A stretch of 33,881 bases of DNA, from assembly GCF_001194135.2 (NCBI RefSeq), contig NC_068986.1, forward strand, positions 40,744,225-40,778,105, given 5' to 3'. The notes beneath the pieces were generated by a model. That model did no database searches. It saw only the letters and a program-made list of their open reading frames with translations, and was not told the DNA's origin. The translations under genes were made by a program, and so were the position numbers. Source of the DNA: Octopus bimaculoides (taxonomy: Eukaryota). Of this stretch, positions 10,702-23,030 are shown in pieces. Position 1 is the stretch's first letter. The number at the start of each line of letters is the position of its first letter.

Positions 10702-11705
10702 GCCTTCTTGGTATATGACAAAATCTGTTTCAACATTTCAGTTGAATAATATCACAAGTCAAATACAAAAAAAAAAATTTTTTTTTCCCTAAATATATAA
10801 ACAATATATAAACAATAAAAAATGTTTATTTTTCCCTAAATATATAAACAGTTGTTTCTATATTCTCTAAATGTTTTTAAAATTTTAACAGTATCTTTTT
10901 AAAATATATATTTTAAGCTGTTTGTATATTTTTCAATATCTTTCCAAGATTCTTACATTGTGCTGCAGTGCACTGGTGCCTTACAAGGGATAACTAGACA
11001 TGCAATGAATTTTGAAATTATAATTCAAGTTTTTAGATAATCTATACTTATGCATGAACCTCTTGAAAAACCTGTTATTCATGATTTTTTAATACCAAAG
11101 TATAATAAATTAAGGTAATAAATTTTAACTTTAAAACAATTTTTCTTTTAAAGTTGCTATTCAAAATTTGGCATTAATTTCTTATTTTTATCTTCAGTGT
11201 GTTACAAAGTTGATAGGATTGAAAGTATGCAGATATAATAAAGATAAGAGTACGGAAACTGCTTGAAATATTGATATACTGAGTTCAGTCACAGGCCAAG
11301 GTGTACATACTACACACCAAATATATCAGTTGAAAATGAATGAAGTATGAAGTCATTAAATCCATAGTGTTTTATAAAACAGAGAACAGATGAAGTTATG
11401 TAAAGTTATTTTATCTGAAATTGTTGATAAATTTTGTATTGCTTATTTTAATGCAACACTAGAATAATACATTGTTGATCAAATAATCCAGTGGGGTTAC
11501 TTGACCTGCTAAAAAGTGCAACTCAAACTCACGAATTACTTATGGAGATGGAGGGGCCATTACCACTTTGTGGTATCAAATATTTTGTCCAAAATATCCT
11601 CCATTCAAGAGTGAAAATTTGGCTGGTATTCCAAGTAGGTTGAATGACCAATATGAGAGGCTTGTTGTATTCTCAATATAAAAATGACCTAAAAATAAGC
11701 TGGTA

Positions 11706-12100
11706 CATCATCATCATTTAACCTCTGTTGTTCATACTGACATGGATTGGATGGTTTGACCAGGACTGGGCAAGCTGAGGGGCTGCACCAGACTCCAGTC
11801 CAATTTGGCATGGTTTCAACAGCTGGATATCTTTCCGAACATCAACTACTCAGAGTGTAATGGGTGCTTTTATGTGCCACTGACATGGGCGCCAGTTGCA
11901 TGACACCAGTATCTGCCACGACACTGACTTCACTTGTCTTGATGGGTCTTAAGCAAGACATATTGTCAAAGGTCTCAGTCACCAATCATTGACTCCGTGA
12001 GGCCCAAAGTTCGAAGATCATGCTTCACCACCTTGTCTCATGTCTTCCTGGATATACTTCTATTATAGGTTCCCTACACATATTTATTCACGGCTGAGCC
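11706..12100 (-). mobile_element. 5'-truncated RTE LINE: decayed ORF2 C-terminus plus 3'UTR and (GAT)n tail
   Basis: Minus-strand translation ..SRKT*DKVVKHDLRTLGLTESM.. fits the RTE GRGRPRKTW...DL...L end. Confidence 0.75.
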
Positions 12101-13081
12101 AATGGGGGAGTTTCTATATAGTCACTCAAGCTGTTAGAAAGAGCATCTAAATCGCTCATATTCCACCCTGCTGTCTTTAGGAAAAGAATATATGACAATG
12201 TAATGTTAGACACCCTTAAAAAAAGAACAAAATGGTCATGGCTGGAATGACTTTTATCAGAAGTTTACTTGATCAGGATTGACAAGCATATCAAAAATGA
12301 TTTAATAAATGCAGATACAACATCCATTTTCAGGAACCCTGGGTTCTAAAGATTTTGCAGTTTACAGACTTTACTGAACCAGGGGTAGTCACCTTGGTCA
12401 ACACACTCAAATAACACTGTTTAACATAATTTTAATTTTTGACTTTGGTCAGTAAGTGTTATTTCCTATTTGCTTCTACTTAATAATCCTCGGCATCAAT
12501 GTTTTGAAACTGACCTATTTTCCATTACATTTCAGGCAGATTCAGGAGTTGCTGAAGCAGAAATATTGTTAAGGCAAATATTCTGCTCAGTACTACAGAT
12601 TTGCTTGTCAGTTGCTTGACCATAACCACTTGAGAATGTCCCTTAGTGGCTGACAATATGTACATCTCTGATTATGAGCAGGAATAGTTGGGGAGCATCA
12701 TAGCAATGTGTTGAGAGGAGTTCTTTGGGATTTGAATAAATATTGTAAAAGCAAAGTTGGAAGGAAATGTTAGTAATTTTTTACACTTTTTAGGAGATAA
12801 CAGCTGCTACCCAAGGGTAAAAATATTGTTACACAGTATAATTAAATGAAATATAGATACCTGTATAATGATACAAGTTCATTGATAGTGTACTTTGCAA
12901 GGTACTAATCTATGCAACAAGCCTGTAAACTAATCTGTTGGCTGTGAGAATTTGATGTTCCTGCTTGTAAATTGGTGTGGATTATTAGAGGTTCTGGATC
13001 AACAGTATCCAGAAAGTCAGTGTTGTATCTGTATCTAATTTTTGAAGAAAAATAAGAAAGAAGGTTTATGATACTACTTAC

Positions 13082-13186
13082 TTTTGATGCTGTATAAGGA
13101 ATAGAGTCTTTCTGGCCAATGTGAGCCACCATACTAGCAATATTAATAATATTACCTTTGGCAAGGCGTATGTGTGGAAGGGCATA
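13082..13186 (-). CDS. HSD17B14: HSD17B14-like exon 6 (105 nt): YALPHIRLAKGNIINIASMVAHIGQKDSIPYTASK
   Basis: Acceptor ctttttcatctag, donor gtaagt. Catalytic Ser (NIAS) and YTASK (YxxxK). Partly visible in supplied ORF 12905..13132. Confidence 0.96.
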
Positions 13187-13247
13187 CTAGATGAAAAAGA
13201 AAAAGAAAAAAAAAATCATATATAACACTGAAAAACAAACATTTCTG

Positions 13248-13463
13248 CTCCTCAATCCTATTCTGTTTCTCAAGGCCAGCAATTTCAGGGGACGAGGTAA
13301 GTCAGTAACATCGACCACAGTACTCATCTGGTACTTCTTATATTGACTGAAAGGATGAAAGACAAAATTGACCTTAGGGGCATTTGAACTCAGAATGTAA
13401 AGACAGATGAAATGCTGCTAAGAATTTTGCCTGGTGGGCTTATGATACTTCCAGCCTGCTGCC
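13248..13463 (-). mobile_element. SINE family B, older copy
   Basis: Homologous to the adjacent copy, with more CpG decay. Confidence 0.85.
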
Positions 13464-13478
13464 TTGAATAGAAATATT

Positions 13479-13693
13479 CTTTTCTACTCTAGGTACAAGG
13501 CCCAAAATTTTAGAGGAGGGGGCCAGTCGATTAGATCGACCCCAGTATGCAACTGGTACTTAATTTATCAACCCCAAAAGGCTGAAAGGGCAAAGTCGAC
13601 CTCGGCGGAATTTGAACTCAGAACGTAAAGACAGATGAAACACCGCTAGGCACTTCACCCGGCATGCTAATGTTACTGCCAACTCATCGCCTT
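13479..13693 (-). mobile_element. SINE family B, younger full-length copy with 16-bp TSD
   Basis: cttgaatagaaatatt at 13463-13478 and 13694-13709. B-box gagttcaaattcc. Confidence 0.9.
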
Positions 13694-13879
13694 CTTGAAT
13701 AGAAATATTAAGGTGATTGTGTAGAATCTAAGTAACTCAGTTATGGTTTGTGTGAAACAGACCACTATAAAATATTCACAAGGGGGAATAAATTACTTTG
13801 TCATGAAGAAGAGATATACAACAATTCAAGTGGAGACTTTCATTGGAGGAATGAGTAAAACTATTAGTATTATGTTATA

Positions 13880-14250
13880 TGGCTGTGTGGTCAAGTAGCT
13901 CAATTTGCAACCAAAGCGTTTTGAGTTAAGTCTCACTATGTGGTACCTGGTGGGTGAAAATGCCTTCTATGATAGCCTTGGGACAACCAATGTCCTGAAT
14001 GAATTTTTTTGATGGGGAGTGGGTGGAAGCCCATCGTGTACATGTGCGTATGTGTTTATCCCCCACAGTCAGACAACTAGTGTTCATTTGTTTAAGTCCC
14101 TGTAATCTAACAGTTTGACAAAAGAGACTGATAGAATAACTACCAGACTTAAAAAATAAGTACTGGTGTTTTTTTTGTTTGTTTTTGTTTTTTGACAAAA
14201 ACCCTTCAAGATGGTGCATGAGCATGGCTGCAGTTTAATGACTGAAACAA
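13880..14250 (+). mobile_element. SINE family A, degenerate full length
   Basis: Head, core and tail all recognisable. Confidence 0.8.
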
Positions 14251-14257
14251 GATATAC

Positions 14258-14470
14258 ATCAGCATTTAACATCAGTTTTCCAAGCTGGTATGGGTTGGAC
14301 AGTTTGACAGGAACTGGTATGTCAGAAGACTGCACCATATTCTAATGTCTGTTTTGGAATGGTTTCTATGACTGGATGCCTTTCCTAATGCCACCCAATT
14401 TGCAGAGTGTAGTGGGTTTTTTGTTTTTTTTTAACCTAGCACCATCAGCAATGAGGTCACCAAATAATTT
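14258..14470 (-). mobile_element. Family E (RTE 3'-end-derived), degenerate
   Basis: catcagcatttaacatcagttttccaagctggtatgggttgg ... ctggatgcctttcctaatgcc. Confidence 0.7.
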
Positions 14471-14609
14471 ACAAGGCAAGACACCTCAACTGAAGTGGTA
14501 GGTAGTATTGAGGGTGATGGCTTCATGCCAGGTGAGAGGGTTAGAGTATAAGTAAAAAGCTTGTTGGGAATGTGCAAAAGTTTTGGTATTATTCAAATTT
14601 AAGAATCAA

Positions 14610-14790
14610 ATAAAATTGGCAAATCCTGGACTTAACTGAAATTACTGTGGAAAATATATGGACATTTTTCCTTGAACAGAGTAAAAGGAATCAAACAAAA
14701 ATTGCTGGTATTTCTTTCAAAGACTTTCACGTGAACTCGAAACAGAAGTGGAACAGAATATTGTATGACATTTGGCTTGGCCCTCAAACA
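14610..14790 (+). mobile_element. Possible Tc1-like transposase remnant (SPDLNPIENxW region)
   Basis: aaatcctggacttaac...gaaaatatatgg followed by ...KQKWNRI; needs frameshifts to align. Confidence 0.3.
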
Positions 14791-14830
14791 TCTTATTCTT
14801 ACTATTCTTATTTGGGCATAATATTTTAAA

Positions 14831-14993
14831 GGCACAGGAGGGGCTGTGTGGTAAGTAGCTTGCTTACCAACCACATGGTTCCGGGTTCATTCTCACTGCA
14901 TGGCACTTTGGGCAAGTGTCTTCTACTATAGCCTTGGGCCGACCAAAGCCTTGTGAGTGGATTTGGTAGACGGAAATTGAAAGAAGACCATCG

Positions 14994-15024
<31 letters not shown>

Positions 15025-15235
15025 GTGTGTGTTTGTGTGTCTGTGTTTGTCCCCCCACCATCGCTTGACAACTGATGCTGGTGTGTTTACGTCCCCGTAA
15101 CTTAGCGGTTCGGCAAAAGAGACTGATAGAATAAGTATTAGGCTTACAAAGAATTTGTCCTGGGGTCAATTTGTTCGACTAAAGGCGGTGCTCCAGCATG
15201 GCTGCAGTCAAATGACTGAAACAAGTAAAAGAGTA
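14831..15235 (+). mobile_element. SINE family A, best-preserved full-length copy with internal (TA)/(TG) tract
   Basis: A/B-box head, CpGs retained, tail gactgaaacaagtaaaagagt. Confidence 0.92.
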
Positions 15236-16200
15236 TGTTTAGAAAATTGATCTTAATTTTTTTGACCTTTGTTCTAAATGACCTTTGAAATATGTGTGAA
15301 CATCATATCGTTATTATTTTCCCCCTTTGTGCAAACCTCACCCATATCAGACGATATTACAAGAATGTTTGTGGAGAAGCATACATGTTTGTTACCATGT
15401 CCAAATCCTGTTTCTGTCAAAGTTTTTTTTTTTGTTTTTTAGTGGAAAATTCATAAATTGCAAACAAAGCACTTATTTGATAATTACTTAATTAGAATTG
15501 AACGACATTGCACAATAGCTGTAAATGTGCGTCATCATCATGCTTGGGAATATGTGCATTTTCTGCAAATCTAACTGCAACTCTCAGTCACTAGTACAAG
15601 TCTAGGTATTGACATTCCTTTGTTTACACTCCTGCATTGTCCTTTCTCATCCTCCACATGGAAAACAGGATGCAAATGTGTGTTGACCTTCATTGCATTG
15701 ACATGTGTGATGGATCTACAATGAGCGTTGTATGAAAAAGGGAATGCCATTTGCATATAGTAGAAGATCTTTAACACAGAAAAATTAAGACATGATGGAA
15801 AGAAACGATAATAACAATTATAACTTAGAAGCAGCGCCACAGATGTACCAACACACACAAGATTGAAACATAGCCGACCACATGCACTTCTCATGAGGAA
15901 TTCCGGAAGAAGCTTCGTGAGACCACTACTGAGACGCTTCCGAAAAAAGAAAACCATTGGAAAACGGTTTATAGTAGAGACTCCAGCCAAGAAGATCTGA
16001 AGGAATTGTAATTCCGAAATATCATCAGACTATAGATAACCAAATTACAACAGGTATATAGTCCATGTTTTGTTTTATAGTGCATTGTTGTGCCATTCTA
16101 AACTTTTTATTCTTTACAAACAATACACAATGCTTCAAGTGAACTACAATACTCTCCTAATTATAAGAGAATACAGAAATGAAGAAATGAGGAAAATCAC

Positions 16201-16292
16201 CTTGCATGTGAGGAACACAGCAACAACATTTAACTGCATGAGATTAGTAAAGCCTTCAGCTGTAACAGTGTCAATGGGAAAATGTCCAGGAT
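16201..16292 (-). CDS. HSD17B14: HSD17B14-like exon 5 (92 nt): PGHFPIDTVTAEGFTNLMQLNVVAVFLTCK
   Basis: Acceptor ttttttccag, donor gtgatt. C+AT=His at the junction. Contains the helix-E Asn (QLNV). Confidence 0.92.
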
Positions 16293-16736
16293 CTGGAAAA
16301 AATATTCATATGATAAGAATTATTTGGTATATCAGTACTACAGTGAAGAATATTTCAAGACATCACAACCATGGTGGCAACGAGAAGGTGTCAAGGGGGT
16401 CACCAAGGTGGTGGAAACTAGAAGGCATCAAAATGTCAAAACTGTATTAGCAAGATTTGATAATAATGACCAGATCAGTTTTGATCATAGATCTGCTTGA
16501 ATTTAGATCCACTTCAGATTAAAAAGAAAAAAAAAAAAAGAAAAAAGCAAACAATTATTATATCCCTCTCTCTCATAAATCTGGGGATTTATGACTTTGG
16601 AAGTTATCAATATGCTGCTGTTGCTGTTTAGTTCCAAGCCAGCTTGGATCAAACAAATCAATAATTCAAATGCATTAAGGTATTTCAGCCCTGAATATCC
16701 AGAGTTTTTACTTTGGCACAGTGTATCTAGACCATA

Positions 16737-17104
16737 GTGGAGGCGCAATGGCACAATGGTTAGGGCAGCAGACTCGCGGTTTCGATTCCCAGACTGGGCG
16801 TTGTGAGTGTTTATTGAGCGAAAACACCTAAAGCTCCATGAGGCTCCAGCAGGGGATGGTGGCAAACCCTGCTGTACTCTTTCACCACAACTATCTGTCT
16901 CTCTTACTTCCTGTTTCTGTTGTGTTTGTAATTCAAAGGGCCGGCCTTGTCACACTGTGTCATGCTGAATATCCCCAAGAACTACGTTAAGGGTACACGT
17001 GTCTGTGGAGTGCTCAGCCACTTGCACATTAATTTCACGAGCAGGCTGTTCCATTGATCAGATCAACTGGAACCCTCGACGTTGTAAGCGATGGAGTGCC
17101 AACA
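16737..17104 (+). mobile_element. SINE family C, full length, 12-bp TSD
   Basis: TSD atctagaccata at 16725-16736 and 17105-17116. tRNA head tggcacaatggttaggg...ggtttcgattccc. Confidence 0.92.
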
Positions 17105-17297
17105 ATCTAGACCATATTATTGAATATAACCTTCCTTTATAAGATAGAATGTGATGTGATGACAAAAAATTATCTGCTCTTTCTAGTAAATCAATCGACC
17201 ACATAAAAGCACCTTCACTGGTACGTAATACAAACACTATGGCGAACCTCCCCCATCACCAAAAAAAAACCCCAGTCTAGTACAGAAGTCAACTTAC

Positions 17298-17364
17298 GGT
17301 AGCCAGCATTGTTGACTAAACAGTCAATGGTGCTGTACTTCTCAACCACCTTAGCAATCATGTT
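17298..17364 (-). CDS. HSD17B14: HSD17B14-like exon 4 (67 nt): NMIAKVVEKYSTIDCLVNNAGY(H)
   Basis: Acceptor ttttctcttttgccag, donor gtaagt. IDCLVNNAG is the classical SDR motif. Confidence 0.95.
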
Positions 17365-18165
17365 CTGGCAAAAGAGAAAAGATGAAGAATATTAAGTCAT
17401 AATACAAATAACTATAGATCAAAAACAGAAATGAAAAGACAAAACTGTTTGGCAAGACTTAACAAGGACATCTAATTTAGATATGTAATAAAAATGCATT
17501 CATAGTCTCTAACAGCTGTTTCTAGAATACCCAAGTTATTGGAACATTGTGCCAAGCAAGGATTCCATAGGCCGAGTAAGGATTCAATCATCAGAGAGGG
17601 AGAAGTTAAACACATGTAACAGTGAAGGAATAATACTCAACTAGTGGGACCCATGAATATTTCACAGATTTAATGGTAAACCTATTGGGTTATTTCTGAA
17701 AACTCTATCCAAAAGACCTGTAGCATAGCCTGTTTTGTGTCTGTATCAAATGTCAGTCATTCATCTGCTAATCATTGAAAAGTGAAAGAAATTGGAATAC
17801 AATGATTACTTAATGCATTTTATATACTTTATGTACAATTTTATAGACTTAATGCACAACACTCATAAAATAAATATTCAGTCTTATTTTTCCATTTTTG
17901 CCATAAACCAAAAAAATATTCTGTACACGATACAACCTTCAGTCAAATTGCATATAACTGCCATGTAAATAAGAGTGAATATTTCACAGAATTGCACTTA
18001 TGCACATGTGTTAAGTGACAGGTGATATGAAAAAACTTGAGGGCAAGGACAAAGGGAAATGGATGTTACCAGTTCCAATGTTGGATAGAGATTTAAGGAA
18101 AAATAAATATACTACACTGCAGCGGGAGCAGGACACGCAGGTGAATGCTGAGTCAAGAGAGGCTA

Positions 18166-18168
<3 letters not shown>

Positions 18169-18208
<40 letters not shown>

Positions 18209-18279
18209 ATGTAAAGTCAAATAGATAAGATATGGAGAATAGCCGATATCAGATCTACAGGTTGGGTAGNNNNNNNNNN

Positions 18280-18327
<48 letters not shown>

Positions 18328-18388
18328 ATGTAAAGTCAAATAGATAAGATATGGAGAATAGCCGATATCAGATCTACAGGTTGGGTAG
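18169..18388. other. (GT)n plus a 62-bp sequence duplicated exactly across a 10-N gap; probable assembly artefact
   Basis: 18208-18269 is identical to 18327-18388; gap at 18270-18279. Confidence 0.85.
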
Positions 18389-18667
18389 CAATGGGAGGGA
18401 GGGGTAGTGAAGATTGTAAAGTGGCTGTGAAACGATAATGGAAATCTTATGTAGTAGGTGATCAGATATTAATGGAGGAGATAGGAGAATCAGGGCTAGC
18501 TTGGTTGTTACAGCGCTGAAAATAGATGTCCGTACAGTGCCCTAGCATGGTTGCAGTTCAGTAACTAAAGCAAGTAAAAAATGAAGGATAATATTTATCT
18601 CTTGCTGTATAGGCCGTAAATGTTCCATGCACTTGATAGTCTTATCTCATAAAACATTCTCCCTTAC

Positions 18668-18765
18668 TTTGATTTGTGCTTCATCACATAAATTACAGTT
18701 GATATAATATGCTTCTCCTGGTCCCATCTTGTTCATTTCTTCTTCTGTAGCTTTAGCTACATCAT
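18668..18765 (-). CDS. HSD17B14: HSD17B14-like exon 3 (98 nt): DVAKATEEEMNKMGPGEAYYINCNLCDEAQIK
   Basis: Acceptor ttctatttcag, donor gtaagg. Phase joins exon 2 (G+AT=Asp) and exon 4. SDR beta-C segment. Confidence 0.9.
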
Positions 18766-19289
18766 CTGAAATAGAATTGAAAAGAAAAAAAAAATTCAAA
18801 TCAAAATATATTCATTTGTAGCATAAACATTTTTAGACATTCAGAAGAACATGACATAATTAATTTGGTCCATAAAAGATAAGAAATATGAAATTACCTG
18901 GGAAATAATTAGTAGAGCCAAACTATATGCTAGAGGAAGCAAATAGTACAAATTGTGTGTTGAAGAAATTTATCAAATTCTTACATCAAAATACAAATTA
19001 ATAAACCATAGATGAGAGAGCACATTACAATGTGTTCATCAATCTAAACACAATTGATTTAAGTGATTGCATGATACGTAATACTAAAATCAGAATAGAA
19101 ATTTAGTAAACAGTAGCAAGTAGAGTAGCTGATTAAATATAAACTCCTAAATAAATAAATTTAATTATAAAGATTAAAATACAATAAAGGAATAAAATTA
19201 ACGATATCCATAAATTTAATTTGGTGGAGGTAAAGATCATGGACCCTTTGCAATTTTTTTTTTTTTTTTTTTAACAGGAACATACTATA

Positions 19290-19890
19290 TCGAGGGTGGA
19301 GATTCTGAATCTGCAGAAAAATCTACATTTCAAAATTTAAATTTCTTCCCCTACCCGTCACCCTAAATTCGTTAAATTTTCACTTTTTAAAAAATCGTTT
19401 TTTTTTGGCGAAATACCTATAAAAATATGGAGATTATGATTCTGCAAAATAAATTCTGTNNNNNNNNNNNNNNNNNNNNNNNNNNNNNNNNNNNNNNNNN
19501 NNNNNNNNNNNNNNNNNNNNNNNNNNNNNNNNNNNNNNNNNNNNNNNNNNNNNNNNNNNNNNNNNNNNNNNNNNNNNNNNNNNNNNNNNNNNNNNNNNNN
19601 NNNNNNNNNNNNNNNNNNNNNNNNNNNNNNNNNNNNNNNNNNNNNNNNNNNNNNNNNNNNNNNNNNNNNNNNNNCACACACACACACGCACGCACGCACA
19701 GCAAAATGGCATTTAAAAAATTGTTTTCTCTTTTGGTAATTAGTATTTAGAAAGTTGATCCTTGGTTTGGCTGTTGTTTCTAGCTTGTCAGATTTCCGGT
19801 TGGGGGAGATTTAAATTTTGAAATTTTTTTTCCTTTTGGTAACACGTATTAGAGTTTTGAAAATGCGTTTCTATCATGTCAGGTTTGCTG
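19290..19890. mobile_element. Probable TIR/foldback element spanning gap 19460-19674
   Basis: atttcaaaatttaaatttcttcccctacccg (~19327-19357) pairs imperfectly with cggttgggggagatttaaattttgaaat (~19797-19824). Confidence 0.4.
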
Positions 19891-19944
19891 TTTAGATACT
19901 TTTTGCGTCTGCTATTTTATAATTCTATGCATGCATGAAACATT

Positions 19945-20105
19945 AGGAGGAGGTGAGTCGATTACATTGACCTCAGTACTCAACTGGTACTTCTTTTATC
20001 AACCCTAAAAGGATGAAAGGTGAATGTTGACCTTGGCAGAATTTGAACTCAGAACACAAAGACAGATGAAATACTGCTAAGTATCTCGTCCACCATGCTA
20101 ATGAT
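19945..20105 (-). mobile_element. SINE family B, head-truncated
   Basis: Homologous to the other B copies. Confidence 0.8.
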
Positions 20106-20129
20106 ATTTGAAATAACAATATTAATAAT

Positions 20130-20462
<333 letters not shown>

Positions 20463-20809
20463 GATTTTTAATAATAATAATAATAATGTTTAATACATAA
20501 CAGACAGACATGCATACATATACAAATGTGTAAAACCAACAGTCAAAGAGTTACAATCAATTGAACTAATTATTCAATCACTATAAAATAGAACATCTTT
20601 TATCACAGTCTACTGCACTTAATTAGCAGGACAATAACTACAAACACTGGAAGGGCAATTTTGTTCCTATAAATAAAAACAGAAAAGAAAATGATGATGA
20701 TGACAAGGATGATGCATAATTACCTGGAGGTTGAAGACCATATAATGAGGCCAGAAAATCATGGTTTTATGAGATGGATTACTAACTAGTTATTTAAATA
20801 TTCACTTGT

Positions 20810-21155
20810 ATGGCTGCATGAGTAATGTTATTGTGCATGAAGGACAGAACACAAATGAGGTGAGAAAAAAGCTGGATATAAGAGAAATCAGAGATTAAAG
20901 TTCAAAAGAGAAGACTACAGTAGTACAGGAATGTGACGCAAATGGAAGATGTTGGTTGCATAAAGAAGCAAAGAACATTATCTATGAAGAAGGTAATGTT
21001 CTTTAATGAAGATTAAAGAAGGCATGAGACTAAGTGGTGAAGACTGACCCGAAATGGTATAACCTCATGAGGGAGCTAACAAATAATGGTGTTAAGTAAC
21101 AAAGTGCTGTATTGATGAAAACCTGTGTAACCCATGCAAGCATGAAAAGGTGATG
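20810..21155 (+). mobile_element. RTE LINE 3' fragment (decayed ORF2 C-terminus)
   Basis: Translates across frameshifts as MSNVIVHEGQNTNEVRKKLDIREIR..VQKRRLQ*YRNVTQMEDVGCIKKQR; ends aacccatgcaagcatg. Confidence 0.75.
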
Positions 21156-21202
21156 TAAAGAAAGAACTCTTCCCCCGCCCAGTGGTAGCAATAGAGGTAG
21201 GA

Positions 21203-21560
21203 TCATCATCATCATCATTGTCGTCGTTTAACGTCCTCTTTCCATGCTAGCATGGGTTGGACGATTTGATTGAGGACTGGTGGACCAGGAGGCGACACCA
21301 GGCTCCAATCTGATCTGGCAGAGTTTCTACAGCTGGATGCCCTTTCTAACGCCAACCACTCCGAGAGTGTAGTGGCTGCTTTTACGTGCCACCGGCACGA
21401 GGGTCAATCAGGCAGGTACTGGCGACGGCCACGCTCGAAATGGTGTATTTTACGTGCCACCTGCGCAGGAGCCAGTCCATCGGCACTGGCAACGATCTTG
21501 CTCGAATGTCTTACTGGCAACGACCACACTCGAAATGGTGTATTTTACATGTCACCTGCA
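21203..21560 (-). mobile_element. Family E (RTE 3'-end-derived), well preserved, (GAT)n tail
   Basis: CpGs retained; internal repeated ctcgaaatggtgtattttac unit. Confidence 0.85.
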
Positions 21561-21904
21561 GGATATATATCTAAATTTTGGATTTCTTCCACTAATTATG
21601 TTCATAGTAGGTCTATCTACTCTCTCCACCTCCTCATTACTTTCTTACCTGTTGCACCTTCTCTTATCACTGTGCCCTCCTACTAGAGCTATATTTCTCC
21701 CAACTGTGTAACAAGGAATGGGTTTAGAGTTCTCCATACTCTGTCCACTCTTACCATCACTTTTATTTATTGCTAGTTTTCACTCTTTTGTAATCTCTTT
21801 TCTATCACTCATTGGTATCAATTCTCTCTCTTACAATGCTCCACCTTTATTAATATTCATCATTCTCTCTATCACACTCACATTCTCACTTCTTTGTCTT
21901 CTAT

Positions 21905-22170
21905 AACCTCGGACAGACCAAAGCCTTGTAAGTGAATTTGGTGAATGGAAACCAAAAGAATCCCATTGTGTATATATGTGTGTGTGTCTTGCTTGACAAC
22001 CAGTGTTAGTGTGCTTACATCCCCATAACTTAGCAGTTTGGCAAAAGAGACCAATAGAATAAGTACCAGGCTTAAAAGAAAGATAAGTACTGGGGTTGAA
22101 TGATTTGACTAAAAATTCAAGGTGGTGCACCAGCTTGGCCAAAGTATAATGACAAACAAGTAAAAGATAA
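21905..22170 (+). mobile_element. SINE family A lacking the head
   Basis: Core and tail homology. Confidence 0.8.
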
Positions 22171-22250
22171 ATGAAAGACGATTTATCAGATTTTTTCACT
22201 TACTATATTGTAACAAAACATTTCTATAAATATTGATATGTATGGAAATA

Positions 22251-22764
22251 ACTAAGTGTTGGCAACAGGAAGGGCATCCAGTCATGGAAAATCCACCCCA
22301 GCAAATTATAACTGATACAGCTATGTGAGCATGGAAAAGTGAGTGAGTGAGTGAGTGAACAAGCAAGTGAGCGTGCTCAAGTAAGTGAGCTTGCGTGCCC
22401 ACCCGAGTGAGCTTGCATGCATGAGAGCGAGCTTATACGAGTGAGTGCATGAGGTTACGTGAGTGCATGAGGTTACGTGAGTGAGAGTGAGCTTATGCGA
22501 GAAAGTGAGCTTACATGCGAGAGTGAGGGAACGAGCGAGCCAATATTGATATGTATGGAGCTCACTCTCACACACGTAACCTCACTCACTCACTCTCACT
22601 CGTATAACCTCACTTTCATGCATGCTCTCTCACTTACTCAAGCACGCTCACTTGCTTGTTCACTCACTCACTTGCTGAGACACCTTTTTCATGCTCACAT
22701 AGCTGTTTCAGTTATAATTTGTTGGGGTGGATTTTCCATGGCCTTCCTGTTGCCAACCCTTAGT
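22251..22764. repeat. 514-bp foldback (inverted duplication) with a 67-bp spacer
   Basis: Arms 22251-22492 and 22560-22764; includes a 57-nt stretch with 3 mismatches and a 31-nt perfect stretch. Confidence 0.92.
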
Positions 22765-23030
22765 GAGGGAGCAAGTGAGGGAGGGAGGGAGCAAGTGAGC
22801 AAGGGAGGGAGCTAGTGCATGAGAGTGAGGGAGCGAGCGAGTGAGAGTGTGCATGCGAGCAAGCAAGGGCGTGCACGCGAGCAAGCGAGGGCGTGCATGC
22901 GAGCGAATGAGAGCGCACACGTGAGTGAACGAGTATTCATGAGCAAGCGTGCATGTGAGCAAGCGACTGTGCATGTAAGCGAGCGAATGTGTGAGCAAGC
23001 GAGTAAGTGTGCGTGTGTGTGTGTGTGTAT
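22765..23030. repeat. Degenerate (GAGC/GAGT/GCAT)n low-complexity tract
   Basis: Seen directly; source of several spurious ORFs. Confidence 0.85.

Noticed and set aside
10782-10850. 22-bp direct repeat tttttccctaaatatataaaca
   Set aside because: An ordinary slippage microduplication in AT-rich DNA.
15571-16030. 139-aa ORF; CpG-richer segment with a faint mariner-like N-terminus on the plus strand
   Set aside because: No recognisable domain and the similarity is too weak to call without a search. Probably a decayed TE.
16070-16500. Plus-strand ORFs of 126 and 72 aa
   Set aside because: They are antisense shadows of exon 5 and its flanks, with no splice or domain support.
18169-18388. Exact 62-bp direct repeat after (GT)n
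   Set aside because: The copies are identical and flank a 10-N gap, so this is an unmerged contig overlap rather than a biological duplication.
18020-18500. Possible L2/CR1 3' remnant on the minus strand
   Set aside because: Only vague residue similarity.
21270-21711. 138-aa and 85-aa ORFs; similar ORFs at 6718-7165
   Set aside because: They lie within family E repeats; their mutual similarity reflects the repeat.
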